A stretch of 60,096 nucleotides of DNA, from IMG/VR virus record IMGVR_UViG_3300047548_000544, positions 1 to 60,096 of that record. One strand, given 5' to 3'. The stretch's first letter is position 1. Every line of letters starts with the position of its first letter. The notes under the pieces were generated by a model, which saw nothing but the letters and a program-made list of their open reading frames with translations, ran no database searches and was not told where the DNA came from. The position numbers were made by a program, and so were the translations under genes. The stretch is from a virus (Duplodnaviria > Caudoviricetes). Shown here piece by piece: positions 17,548 through 27,448 of the stretch.

Positions 17548-17853
17548 TTACAATAAGTTAATAAGGATGCCAATCGCATCCTTTATGTTTTCTTTAGAAG
17601 GATTTTTTAGCAATTTTAATGCATCTTCTAAAGAGGAATCTATTTTTAACGGACTATGTTTTCTTATCTTTTTTATCCATTTTTGCTTTTCTATATTAAA
17701 TACGATAAATTCATTTTCTTGCAATTCAGGTGGCTTAATTTTTGTACTATTCGCTGGAAGTAAAGGAACATTTCTTTTGGGATCCCTTTGACATTCAACT
17801 TCACCAAGGTACTGAAAATTCAACACATCATATTGATAAGCTATAAAATCCAT
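17548..17853 (-). CDS. Tail fibre assembly chaperone (Tfa-like)
   Basis: YLGEVECQRDP..LLPANSTKIKPP..IVFN..KW. Directly follows a fibre gene. Confidence 0.7.
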   Translation of the reverse strand: MDFIAYQYDVLNFQYLGEVECQRDPKRNVPLLPANSTKIKPPELQENEFIVFNIEKQKWIKKIRKHSPLKIDSSLEDALKLLKNPSKENIKDAIGILINLL

Positions 17854-19887
17854 TTAATACCTAATAATGTAATTTACATATACGTTTTTAGGCCTTGTTT
17901 CATTTCCACCAGTTGCTCCAGTTATATCACCTTGCTGACCTGCTCCACCACCGGCACCAGCAGTTAAACTACCCGAAGTATGATGGGTGTGTGTGTGTGA
18001 TTCAAATTCATCATTTTGAAAAGAACCAACATTATTTCCGATGTTACCACCAGAATTTATTGCTATCCTAGATGCTGAATCTGGATCTCTTGCTGCCAAA
18101 CCATCAACACCCCTTAGAAATAATCCTCTTGTATCTGGTAAATTAAATGTTGTTCCAGTCGCAGTTCCCCAAGATGTTCCGATTGCTGCAAATAGATCTG
18201 TGTAATCATCTCTATTTATAGAAGATCCATCACACAATAGAAACCCATTAGGTATATTGATTGTTGGTCCGGCAAAAGTTAGCATTGTACCAACAGGAAG
18301 TGCTTCTCCCTTAATAGCGCCTTTAGCTGCGTATCTAATAAAGAATCCTACTGTAATGTTTTGTGGACGAGTTTCAGTGCCACCAGTAGGTTGTGTTGGT
18401 GTTGTTTGACTTGAGCCAGAGTATGGAGGGTTACCTGCGGCAAAACCATTTACAACTGTATAGACTCCACCTAAGTGTGTATGTGATTCAAATTCATCAT
18501 CTTGTGCTGCTCCAAAAGTAGCACCTGTATTACCACCATTTTGTAATGAATAGCGTGAAGCTGCATCTGGATCAAGATATTGTTGAATAGAGTTGGTTCC
18601 TACACCTACTGAAGTTAAATTTAACATAATATTAGATTTAGCGTTTGCTAGAGATGTAGCTATTTTAATTGTATTACTATCTACATAGATTACAAAATAG
18701 TTTGTTCCAGCAGCTAAAGGCGAAGGTAATCCTCCACCAGTAACAAATCTAATTTTAACACCAGTATGTTGAAATTTATGATTTGGTATTGAAATTGTAT
18801 CATTTATAATATCAACATCAGTAGTTGTAAATGAGTAGGTTTGAAATTCAACCCCACCTCTTAAAAACTGACCTCTTAAATCCGGTAAATTAAATGTTGT
18901 AGAATTATTACCATACCCGTACATAACTCCTATTTTATTAAACAACTCACCATATATTGTTCTAGAAACTTCTCTACCATCAGCATATAAAAACCCTACT
19001 GGCTCAATAGCTGAAGGAAAGGCAACGATGGCTCCGATTTCTGAATCTGAGACATTACCATCTCCAATTAAAGATGGTCTATGTGCCATAATATGAACTA
19101 TCTCTGTGTCTTGTACATAAATTACTGGATTAGAATATCCAAAAATTGGTTCTGTAATTGTTATATCACCGGCAACGTCTTTTGATACGTAGTAAAACTC
19201 TCCAGGTGTTAAACCATGAGAAGGTGCTTCAATAACTCCAAATTTTGTAGCGGTAAAAGCATTTGTTGAAAATTCTGTTACAACATATGTTGCTAATGTA
19301 TTAGCTGCATTTGCTTGCGCTTCTTGCCAGACTGTACCATCATGATATATAGGAGTAAAAAGAGTAAAACCATGTGAAGGTTGAACTTGATCAAATGATG
19401 TTCCACCAGATCCACCAGAGGCTTGAATAGCAATCCAATTACCTGCAGAATCATCAAAGAAAATAATAACTAAACTCTTCTTAGCAATACTCATATCAGT
19501 ACCTTTAGGAGTTGTTATTCTGTTTCCAGCAACCGGTTCTGTTATGGATTCATGTTTTATAACCATCTTTTGAGTTGTGTCATTATATATATGAATTATT
19601 TTAGCATTATTATTTCTTACAATACCATGTAAATTAAAAGCACTCACTGGAGAGCCAGTGATTTTAATAATAGCGTTTTCAGCTATAGACTCTGTAAAAT
19701 AAGCGGATGTGATATCAGCAATGTATGCAATATCTACTTTAGATTCCAAGAAAGACCAATAGTCTACCTTGTGAGCAAAGTTTCCTTTAATAGTATCGTA
19801 ATACATGTCACCAATAGTTGAATCAACTTGACGAGATGTTTCTGCAAGAGATAAAGTATTCTTGACTTTAAAAGCTTTTTTAGACAT
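17854..19887 (-). CDS. Tail fibre protein with two tail-collar domains
   Basis: Two copies of GFLxxDG..Y.xLF..IG..TTFNLPDxRGxFLRG..DEFESHTH..ETRPxN. Confidence 0.88.
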   Translation of the reverse strand: MSKKAFKVKNTLSLAETSRQVDSTIGDMYYDTIKGNFAHKVDYWSFLESKVDIAYIADITSAYFTESIAENAIIKITGSPVSAFNLHGIVRNNNAKIIHIYNDTTQKMVIKHESITEPVAGNRITTPKGTDMSIAKKSLVIIFFDDSAGNWIAIQASGGSGGTSFDQVQPSHGFTLFTPIYHDGTVWQEAQANAANTLATYVVTEFSTNAFTATKFGVIEAPSHGLTPGEFYYVSKDVAGDITITEPIFGYSNPVIYVQDTEIVHIMAHRPSLIGDGNVSDSEIGAIVAFPSAIEPVGFLYADGREVSRTIYGELFNKIGVMYGYGNNSTTFNLPDLRGQFLRGGVEFQTYSFTTTDVDIINDTISIPNHKFQHTGVKIRFVTGGGLPSPLAAGTNYFVIYVDSNTIKIATSLANAKSNIMLNLTSVGVGTNSIQQYLDPDAASRYSLQNGGNTGATFGAAQDDEFESHTHLGGVYTVVNGFAAGNPPYSGSSQTTPTQPTGGTETRPQNITVGFFIRYAAKGAIKGEALPVGTMLTFAGPTINIPNGFLLCDGSSINRDDYTDLFAAIGTSWGTATGTTFNLPDTRGLFLRGVDGLAARDPDSASRIAINSGGNIGNNVGSFQNDEFESHTHTHHTSGSLTAGAGGGAGQQGDITGATGGNETRPKNVYVNYIIRY

Positions 19888-19911
19888 TATTTACCTTCAT
19901 TTCCAGTAAAG

Positions 19912-19933
19912 AGCGAGGGAGTAAACCCTCGCT
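19912..19933 (-). terminator. Hairpin / probable intrinsic terminator
   Basis: AGCGAGGG-TTTACT-CCCTCGCT followed by CTTT, after the 19941 gene. Confidence 0.55.
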
Positions 19934-19940
19934 TAATTAA

Positions 19941-21629
19941 TTATATACCAACGATCAATTTCGAAGTAACTACTACAGTAGCTGAGTTCGCAGATGTTCC
20001 TCTAACTTGTAGAAGAACGTTTCCAGAACTAAAGACAACCTGAAACTCTATTCCGTTACCTATTACACCAGACTCTGTATAAGTATCGTTATACCCAATG
20101 CTTGAACCATCTGCTTTAACTGCAAATTGAACTTGTCCAGACCTATATTCACCTGTTACTGCTTCTACAACAGTGTAATCCAGAGTCCCTACTTTAGAAG
20201 TAGAAAGAGCAAATGAATATGCATCAATAAAAGATGCTGTTGCTGAAGGTACTGCAGCTTGAACTACTTCAGTGAGAGATAAAATTGTAGATGTTGCTGA
20301 TTTATGATAAGATTTTTCTAATCTTACGTCTTGAGCATGAGCTTCGGCAAATCTAAAAGATGCACTCCCTAAGTCAACTGAATTAGTCACACCAGGAAGA
20401 ATGTCTACGTTTACTGCAGTTGAAGCTAAATTAGATAGAGCTAAATTAGCTTTTCCACCTAATTGAGTTTGGATTCCAGAAGTAACACCATCAAGATATT
20501 GAAATTCAGTATTTGAAACTGAGCCATCTGCAATCTTAGTTGCGTCTATAGCAGCAGAAGCATTGATGTCCGCATTTACTAATGAACCAGCGATGATATC
20601 AGCTGTTAAAGATGGAGTTGCATCCACATATGTTAAAGATACTTTAGAACTGTTGGCAACCATTGCACCAGTAGCATTTTGAGCTCTTTCAACTTGGAAA
20701 TAAAGATTAGTTACACCTTCTGCAACATCATCAGTTCCAATGATTACAACACCTTGGTATCCATTAACTGAAACAACAGCATCTGTTCCATCAGATTTTT
20801 GCCAAATAGTACCTGAATAGATAACATAATCACCAGCATTAAATGAAATAGACCCCGAACCAAAATTAACAGAGCCAGAACCAGTAACACGGTAAACCAT
20901 ACCTGCATCACCAACACCATCAGCTAATGTCGGAGTATTTGTATCCGCTGCCCAAACACCTTCATAAGTCATTACAGCCGAAGGAAGTTGAGAGACTGGA
21001 ACTTTACCACCAGCATCAAGTGTTGCAACACCAAGTGCAGCACCTTTTTCTGTGGCAGGAATTTTAGAGTTTAATTGAGTTTGAATTGCAGAAGTAACAC
21101 CAGAAGAATATCCAAGTTCTGTACTTGTAACAGTAGAGTGAGTTGGGATTCCGTTAGCATCTGAGATTAAAGCTCTTGCAGCTGTAATTGCAGCAGCATC
21201 AGACATTACGCCACCAGCGTCGTTTACTACGACTCTGTTAGCTGTTCCAGAAGCAAGCTTAGATCTTTGGATGTTTGCACCCGAAGCAACTTCGCCGTCT
21301 GCAACTGCACCAGCTTTAATTGTAAGGCCGTTAGTTGAATCCGCAAGGATATCTCCTTCTATACTTGTATCAACAGCTGCTGATTCATCAGAAGGATCCC
21401 CGATAAGGACTTCATTTTCATTTAAGATTTGACCAACTAGAGAAACATCTCCAGTTGCAATGGCATCCCAAATTGTACCATCAAAATAACGGATTCTATT
21501 AGAAGCCGTGTTGTAGTACATATCACCAGCAACCATTCCTGATACTGGATCTGAAGCTAACCTAGGTAACGTCATTGCCTCAGCTGAGGTGATCGTTAAT
21601 TTACCATCAATATTAAACCGTTTAGACAT
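19941..21629 (-). CDS. Tail fibre / baseplate-attached structural protein
   Basis: GDMYYNT N-terminal anchor, GVATLDAGGKVPVSQLP, and repeated GVTSxIQTQL fibre motifs. Confidence 0.75.
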   Translation of the reverse strand: MSKRFNIDGKLTITSAEAMTLPRLASDPVSGMVAGDMYYNTASNRIRYFDGTIWDAIATGDVSLVGQILNENEVLIGDPSDESAAVDTSIEGDILADSTNGLTIKAGAVADGEVASGANIQRSKLASGTANRVVVNDAGGVMSDAAAITAARALISDANGIPTHSTVTSTELGYSSGVTSAIQTQLNSKIPATEKGAALGVATLDAGGKVPVSQLPSAVMTYEGVWAADTNTPTLADGVGDAGMVYRVTGSGSVNFGSGSISFNAGDYVIYSGTIWQKSDGTDAVVSVNGYQGVVIIGTDDVAEGVTNLYFQVERAQNATGAMVANSSKVSLTYVDATPSLTADIIAGSLVNADINASAAIDATKIADGSVSNTEFQYLDGVTSGIQTQLGGKANLALSNLASTAVNVDILPGVTNSVDLGSASFRFAEAHAQDVRLEKSYHKSATSTILSLTEVVQAAVPSATASFIDAYSFALSTSKVGTLDYTVVEAVTGEYRSGQVQFAVKADGSSIGYNDTYTESGVIGNGIEFQVVFSSGNVLLQVRGTSANSATVVVTSKLIVGI

Positions 21630-21641
21630 ATTCTCTCCTTA

Positions 21642-24600
21642 TTAAGCCCATCTTTTTATAGATAATTTCATTGTTGCATTAAAACCAGTTGACGTAGTTG
21701 TGTATTTCAATCTTATATTTGATCCACTTAGATCAGAATCGAAATATACCCCTAAATCCGTTGTCATACTTGAGTCATCCGACATGTTGGTAATCGTACC
21801 ATTATGTGTTATCATCAGTCTTCCAACTCGTCTTTCCCCGCTTCTTACAATTGAATATTCGATTATAGAAAACGGATATAAAGTACTATCATATGATACC
21901 AGAACTGCGCCCGTAGAATTGTCTAGCAAACTTACAGTTTGTAGAGAACCGATCTTTAAACCATTGAGATCTAAAGAAGACGTAGCTGTGTCAAATTTAA
22001 AATTAGCGTTACCAGTAATATCAGTAGAAGTTGTAAAGATAGCTACTTCACCGTTCATTGGAACACCAGAAGAAGTAACACTTCCTGTTCCAGCTCCACC
22101 TGTATAAGATGGGATACCACTTGGTCCACCGGCTGCATTAGACCATCTTCTCATTGAGAATTTGATGATCCCAGCTGAACCACTGTTATCAGATGTATAT
22201 CTAACTCTTAGAAGAGCACCAGAAATATCAGCAGATAGTTCGATACCAGCTGAAGATAGATTGGCCCCATATTGAGCGATAGCCACGTTAGTACCGTCAG
22301 TTGACATAATCAACATACCGGTCTCCCTAGCTGTTCCTCTAGATACTGAGTATTCCATAATAGAGTATTCAGAACCACTGTAATTAAAAGTAGTTACATC
22401 TTGAGGAGTTGGTTGGTTGTTTAATAGAGTTGATGAGTAAAGTGAACTTTGTTCAAAATAATCTGTACCATTGAAGTATCTTACTTTATCATTGAAGACA
22501 AACTCAGTCCCTGTAAACTTAGCAAGTTGCTCTCCAAAAAGAGTACCTTCAGTTACTATTACTAGGTCACCAGCAGAAGGATCTTGAAATCCTGCGAACT
22601 CATACTCTGGATTCCAACTAGTTACGCTACCTACATTAACAACAGCAGAGTAGATTCTATTAGGATTTGAAGTAAGACCTGTAAACAAGACCTTGTCCAT
22701 GTCTACGACAGTTACACCATCTACAATAACTACACCCGTTGGGAGAGTTGTAGAAAGAGGATCATGCATATTAACTTTAATAACTCCAGCACCGCTATTT
22801 AAAGGGTTACCACCGAGTTTAAGTTTCTTATTAGAATATAGGTAAACTTCTACGCCAGTAAGTCTGTATGCAAATACTAAGACGTTCTCATCTAGAGGAA
22901 GTTGATCTAATGTTGTAATTGCTATAGAGCCAAGGTTGGCATATGAAAAACCATTGTTTCTATCAATCTCAATATATGCAACTTCATTTTGTTCAAGAGA
23001 CAATGTTCCAGTTAAGGTCATTGTATTTTGAAAGTCAGTTGAACTAGGAAGGATGATATCTAAAGTTGGAGTACCAGCTGCAACGAATGTAATGTCCTGT
23101 GCCGAACCATTAGTTAGGTTATTGATTGAGTTAAAATTCTCAGCATACTTAATAGTCTTGTCTTGAGTCTTATCTGCCATCATTGCAGTAAGTTTAGAAG
23201 CTCTAGATGTTAAACTATCTGTAATAACAGAATTGTAATTTTCCTGACCAAATAAAGCATTGTAACCTGTTGGGTTATGGTACTGAGGATACGTTTGTGC
23301 ATCATTCTGCATACCAATGAAAGCCATTAGGTTTTCAGTAGTAAGATCGCCAATACCCTTAGATTCCCCTCTGTCAAGACGAGTAGGTCCAACATCAGTT
23401 CTTACATAGATATTGGCAGTAGTTGCTAAACCAGATGTCTCAGTAGCAATCATTCCAATTACTGGAATTGAAAAGCTAGTTGGAGAAAGAACGAATACTT
23501 GTTTATCAGCATTATAGTTAGTTGTATCAGAGATTATGATCTTCTGGTCAGTCTTGAATCCATGGTTAGCAGATTCTAAAACGATACCGTTAGCAGAACT
23601 TCTTGAAGTAGTTGTTATCACAGCATAAGAGCAGTGAACACCGATTTCATCTGCGAATGGACCAGCAGAGAATCTAATGTAGAATGTGTTAGCATCTTCA
23701 ACTTCTACAGTATATGTACCATTGAAGTTAACTGTATCTGCAAATGTAACTCTCTGGCCATCAGCTAAACCGTGAGCAGTAGAAAGAACTTTTGCTGTAA
23801 CTCCATCACTCTCTGTGATTGTACAAAGAAGTTGAGTAGTTACAATATTTGAGATTGCCATGATCGTATCTGATCGCATAGCAAGCCAATAGAAATTTCC
23901 ACCTAAAGCATCAATAGCAACAGAGCCTCTATCATCGACTTCTACGTCAGATGAAAGATAGATCCCTTTAGAATATACAGCTTGTTTAGATTCAGAAGAA
24001 CCAGCATAGTTTCCGCTTAGCTTTACTGATAAAGCATTAGAAGGAGAAGTTACGCCACCAGCAAGATTCAATCCTGCATATAGCTCTTCAACTCTATAAT
24101 ATAAACTATCTGGATCATCAGCTTTCTTAATCCAGTCACCTTTACTTAGGTTTTCAAAAGCACCAAGGCTACCATTAACATAGTTTACACCATTGATCCA
24201 TTGAACATCTACACTTCCAGAATTAACGGCTGCGCCTCTAACTCTATTGATGTACATTACTTCGTTATTTTCTAATTGCTCAGAGCCAGCTCTGATTATA
24301 GTATCTCTTGAATCGTTAGTTGATTGAATGATAAGATCTTCAGTCCAAACTAATAGACCTGGAGTCATATCACTTGCAGCCCATGAACCTTTAGATTTAA
24401 TAGAGGTTGCAAGAGCATCTTCGAATACATTGATTAAGTTGAATACTGAAGTATTCTCATACCAGTAAGTAGTACCACCAAGCTCAGCAAGCTTAGTCAT
24501 AATCGCGTCCATCCACTCCTTAAGAGATTGGATGTTCTTATCTCCACCTTTAAATGGGTTAGCATCTAAGGCACTTGACATAGTGACGTTTGGTTCTTTT

Positions 24601-25241
24601 CTAGCATAGACAGAAGATGGTTCTTCTCTCCAAGCATATCTGTTCAATGGGTTTGGATTAAGACCACCAGATCCCAATCTGAACATCATGTCTCTAGCAT
24701 CTGTAATAGATGTGATGAAGTTCGTTCCAACAACAACTTTACAAAGAGGGACTGTATTATCTGGGAACGAAGAAACTGATACGTTTACTGTAGCAGTAAG
24801 TACCGTCTGAGTGTTTACGTCTTGAGTGAACTCTCCACCGTTTCCAGCTTCTTTATCTGGGTCCCAGAAAGCTCTAGTATCTTTAGCTGCGTCGATAGTT
24901 GTAAGAGTTAGATATACGTAGTTTGTGGCGTTTTTACGAAGTTCTGGAACTAGTGGAGCTGAGAGTAGATTGCCTTCGCTAAGCCCATGAAAATAAGGAC
25001 CGGCTGAAGAACCAGGATAGTAAACTATTGAATCTGCTACTCTAATTGAAATGTTCTGAGTACCAACTGCGTTATTAGGGTTGATTACATCAAATCCCTT
25101 TAAAACAAAGGGCTTATCATCCCCAACGAATGATTTCATTAAGTACTTAAAATCACCTTGAGTATATGAATCTATAGACAGAAAGTCAGGAAGATCTAGA
25201 CGCTCCGCTGAACTAACTAATAAACGCCCAAGTACTGCCAT
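21642..25241 (-). CDS. Large baseplate/tail structural protein
   Basis: 1199 aa in the baseplate cluster. Has HGLxxG beta repeats and a duplicated C-terminal domain. Preceded by TGGTATAAT at 25271-25279. Confidence 0.7.
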   Translation of the reverse strand: MAVLGRLLVSSAERLDLPDFLSIDSYTQGDFKYLMKSFVGDDKPFVLKGFDVINPNNAVGTQNISIRVADSIVYYPGSSAGPYFHGLSEGNLLSAPLVPELRKNATNYVYLTLTTIDAAKDTRAFWDPDKEAGNGGEFTQDVNTQTVLTATVNVSVSSFPDNTVPLCKVVVGTNFITSITDARDMMFRLGSGGLNPNPLNRYAWREEPSSVYARKEPNVTMSSALDANPFKGGDKNIQSLKEWMDAIMTKLAELGGTTYWYENTSVFNLINVFEDALATSIKSKGSWAASDMTPGLLVWTEDLIIQSTNDSRDTIIRAGSEQLENNEVMYINRVRGAAVNSGSVDVQWINGVNYVNGSLGAFENLSKGDWIKKADDPDSLYYRVEELYAGLNLAGGVTSPSNALSVKLSGNYAGSSESKQAVYSKGIYLSSDVEVDDRGSVAIDALGGNFYWLAMRSDTIMAISNIVTTQLLCTITESDGVTAKVLSTAHGLADGQRVTFADTVNFNGTYTVEVEDANTFYIRFSAGPFADEIGVHCSYAVITTTSRSSANGIVLESANHGFKTDQKIIISDTTNYNADKQVFVLSPTSFSIPVIGMIATETSGLATTANIYVRTDVGPTRLDRGESKGIGDLTTENLMAFIGMQNDAQTYPQYHNPTGYNALFGQENYNSVITDSLTSRASKLTAMMADKTQDKTIKYAENFNSINNLTNGSAQDITFVAAGTPTLDIILPSSTDFQNTMTLTGTLSLEQNEVAYIEIDRNNGFSYANLGSIAITTLDQLPLDENVLVFAYRLTGVEVYLYSNKKLKLGGNPLNSGAGVIKVNMHDPLSTTLPTGVVIVDGVTVVDMDKVLFTGLTSNPNRIYSAVVNVGSVTSWNPEYEFAGFQDPSAGDLVIVTEGTLFGEQLAKFTGTEFVFNDKVRYFNGTDYFEQSSLYSSTLLNNQPTPQDVTTFNYSGSEYSIMEYSVSRGTARETGMLIMSTDGTNVAIAQYGANLSSAGIELSADISGALLRVRYTSDNSGSAGIIKFSMRRWSNAAGGPSGIPSYTGGAGTGSVTSSGVPMNGEVAIFTTSTDITGNANFKFDTATSSLDLNGLKIGSLQTVSLLDNSTGAVLVSYDSTLYPFSIIEYSIVRSGERRVGRLMITHNGTITNMSDDSSMTTDLGVYFDSDLSGSNIRLKYTTTSTGFNATMKLSIKRWA

Positions 25242-25304
25242 ACCTTTTCCTTGTTGAAATGCACTTCTAAATTATACCAGTTACGAGCTTATTCGCTTGA
25301 AGTA

Positions 25305-27440
25305 TTACTGATTTACTTCATCGGGATCGGTGCCACTTCTGTACACATCGATTGTCCCGTAGTATATTTTAGGATATCTAATAAGGAAGTTTATGAAAAT
25401 CCCAACGGACTTAACTTCCTGCATAAGCTCTTGTAATACTTCTCTTGCTGCTGCTGGATCTGTGATGTATCCCGCATATTCAGCTCCAACTCCACCAAAT
25501 ACAATACCACCACGTCTTCTAATCATAGTAACACTGCTTCCGACATCATGAGTAAATTTAAACACATATGATGGGTCGATAGCTAAAGCATTAGAATTGG
25601 GTTTATAGAAGCATCTAACTGGACCTTCTTGCTTCTCAGTTCCGAAGTCAAATATGATTCTGCAGTCAGCATTTGGAATATCGTTAGTTGTAACCTCTAC
25701 GTTTCTCTTAGTAGATCCAGCCTTTATCTCAACTGTTAAATCAGCTGTTAAAGATGAGAGAACGAAATCAGCATTCTCATCCCATAGATATGGTCCAAGT
25801 CTGTCTGGTTGTAGAACAGCAGTACTCAGAACAACGATCGAGCCAGAGTTAGCTAAACCCGGTCTTTCTGTTCTCAGAGTTCCACCGGTTGAAGTCTTAG
25901 CTCCAAGTGGACCAGAGAATGAATAAGCTGTAAATACAGTTGCACTCACAACAGATAACACTTTCCAACTTCCATTAGTTGAAGCACCAGTTCCAGGTCC
26001 CTGCGTAGCTCCAGCTATAATAGCAGAGTTTCCAACTTCAAGACCATGTGGTATTGCTGTTGTTACTGTGAGTATATTACTAGAGTTTCTGTTTGCAGAA
26101 ACAAGGTTAGTCTGGTTAATACCAGCTAATATTGGAAGAAGAGGGGTTATCCCTTGTAGAGTGTTTCCACTCTTGCTTGTGTAAGTGTATGTTGGTAGAT
26201 CAGAACTAAGTCTACTCTTATATTGAAAAGAAGTAGTATCTCCCTCATTTGGGAAGTACGTCTGTATCTCATTATTAGGAATAAAGAAGATCTTACCACT
26301 ATCTGGGAAAGTAGAAGCATCATTTAATTCTAATGTACTTCTATCTGGAGTATTAATAACAATAGCATCAGATCCAGAGATGTGGGCAGAACCTACTCTC
26401 TTTCTTCTAACAACTGGTGGAGATGGAGGTATCTCAACAATAATTTCTCCTGGTCTTACTTCCCAGACAGCAGCCTTTCTATCTTTTAAATAGATATTAG
26501 CTTTGAATGGAGTAAAGAACTTTACATCATTGTTTGCATCACTTACGAAGGTTTCAACAGTAGAGAATAAGTTAGTATATCTAATTGTATCTGTAACTGA
26601 GTCTACATTAGTAATAATGAATGAACCTTCATTTCCAGGTCTCGTTATAATTACAACGTCACCGATCTGAAGTTTATCAATAGCAGGCGAACCACCGTTT
26701 CCAGTGAATCTTAGAGATGTTGTATCTCCGATCTTAGTTACTTGCCATTCAGTGTTTACACCTTGGCCAGCTTCTGTGTTGAAACCTTCGAATTGAAATC
26801 CAATGTCTGCACGACCACCAGTAATTTCAATAGAACCTTTAGAACCGATCGTCTTACTGAAGATCTTAATATTTGTTTGTTTTGTGAGTGAGTTTTCAAA
26901 TGCAATAGCATAAGAATGAACAGACTGTCTATTGATTGCTGCTACGATTTCATTAGCAGTAGCTGCCCCAATGTTAGTAAAGTCATCGGCTTTGAAAGAG
27001 ATTCTTTCGTCATAGACAGAATCAACGTCATACTCTAGTTCCCAACCATCTTGTAGAACGAACGGTTGGTTCTTTCCACTAGAAATAAAAGAAGTAGTAC
27101 TTTCCTTAAAGAAGAACAAGTCTAATAGATCATCTAAGATAAGCTTTACTTGTTTAGGTTGATATGACATAATAGGAATGAATTTTCTGAAGTTAGTATC
27201 TTCCATACCAACGAATCTAGGTCTTTGAACTAAGTTCGCAGTACCAAGTCTGTCGATATATGGTCTTGATGCTGTCTTAATAAAGAACTGCTCACGAACA
27301 CTTTCAATGAGTTCAATAGTTTCTTGATCAGCTTCACCGATAGCCTCAATAAGGGCTTTCCAGTTGTCATTCTCTCTTGTATTAAAGAGAGCTGGCATCT
27401 GTTGATGTAAGTTGTCTACTCTACTTTTATTGTCAGCCAT
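25305..27440 (-). CDS. Baseplate wedge subunit (gpI/gp7-like by position)
   Basis: Follows the baseplate-J gene. N-terminal TASRPYIDRLG..D..FRKFI and C-terminal EVKSVGI resemble wedge proteins. Confidence 0.6.
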   Translation of the reverse strand: MADNKSRVDNLHQQMPALFNTRENDNWKALIEAIGEADQETIELIESVREQFFIKTASRPYIDRLGTANLVQRPRFVGMEDTNFRKFIPIMSYQPKQVKLILDDLLDLFFFKESTTSFISSGKNQPFVLQDGWELEYDVDSVYDERISFKADDFTNIGAATANEIVAAINRQSVHSYAIAFENSLTKQTNIKIFSKTIGSKGSIEITGGRADIGFQFEGFNTEAGQGVNTEWQVTKIGDTTSLRFTGNGGSPAIDKLQIGDVVIITRPGNEGSFIITNVDSVTDTIRYTNLFSTVETFVSDANNDVKFFTPFKANIYLKDRKAAVWEVRPGEIIVEIPPSPPVVRRKRVGSAHISGSDAIVINTPDRSTLELNDASTFPDSGKIFFIPNNEIQTYFPNEGDTTSFQYKSRLSSDLPTYTYTSKSGNTLQGITPLLPILAGINQTNLVSANRNSSNILTVTTAIPHGLEVGNSAIIAGATQGPGTGASTNGSWKVLSVVSATVFTAYSFSGPLGAKTSTGGTLRTERPGLANSGSIVVLSTAVLQPDRLGPYLWDENADFVLSSLTADLTVEIKAGSTKRNVEVTTNDIPNADCRIIFDFGTEKQEGPVRCFYKPNSNALAIDPSYVFKFTHDVGSSVTMIRRRGGIVFGGVGAEYAGYITDPAAAREVLQELMQEVKSVGIFINFLIRYPKIYYGTIDVYRSGTDPDEVNQ

Positions 27441-27448
27441 TTTACACC

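Noticed and set aside
17086-19887. Diversity-generating retroelement or shufflon among the three collar-domain C-termini
   Set aside because: Similarity is limited to short conserved motifs and does not look adenine-specific. There is no reverse transcriptase or invertase, and all copies have the same orientation.
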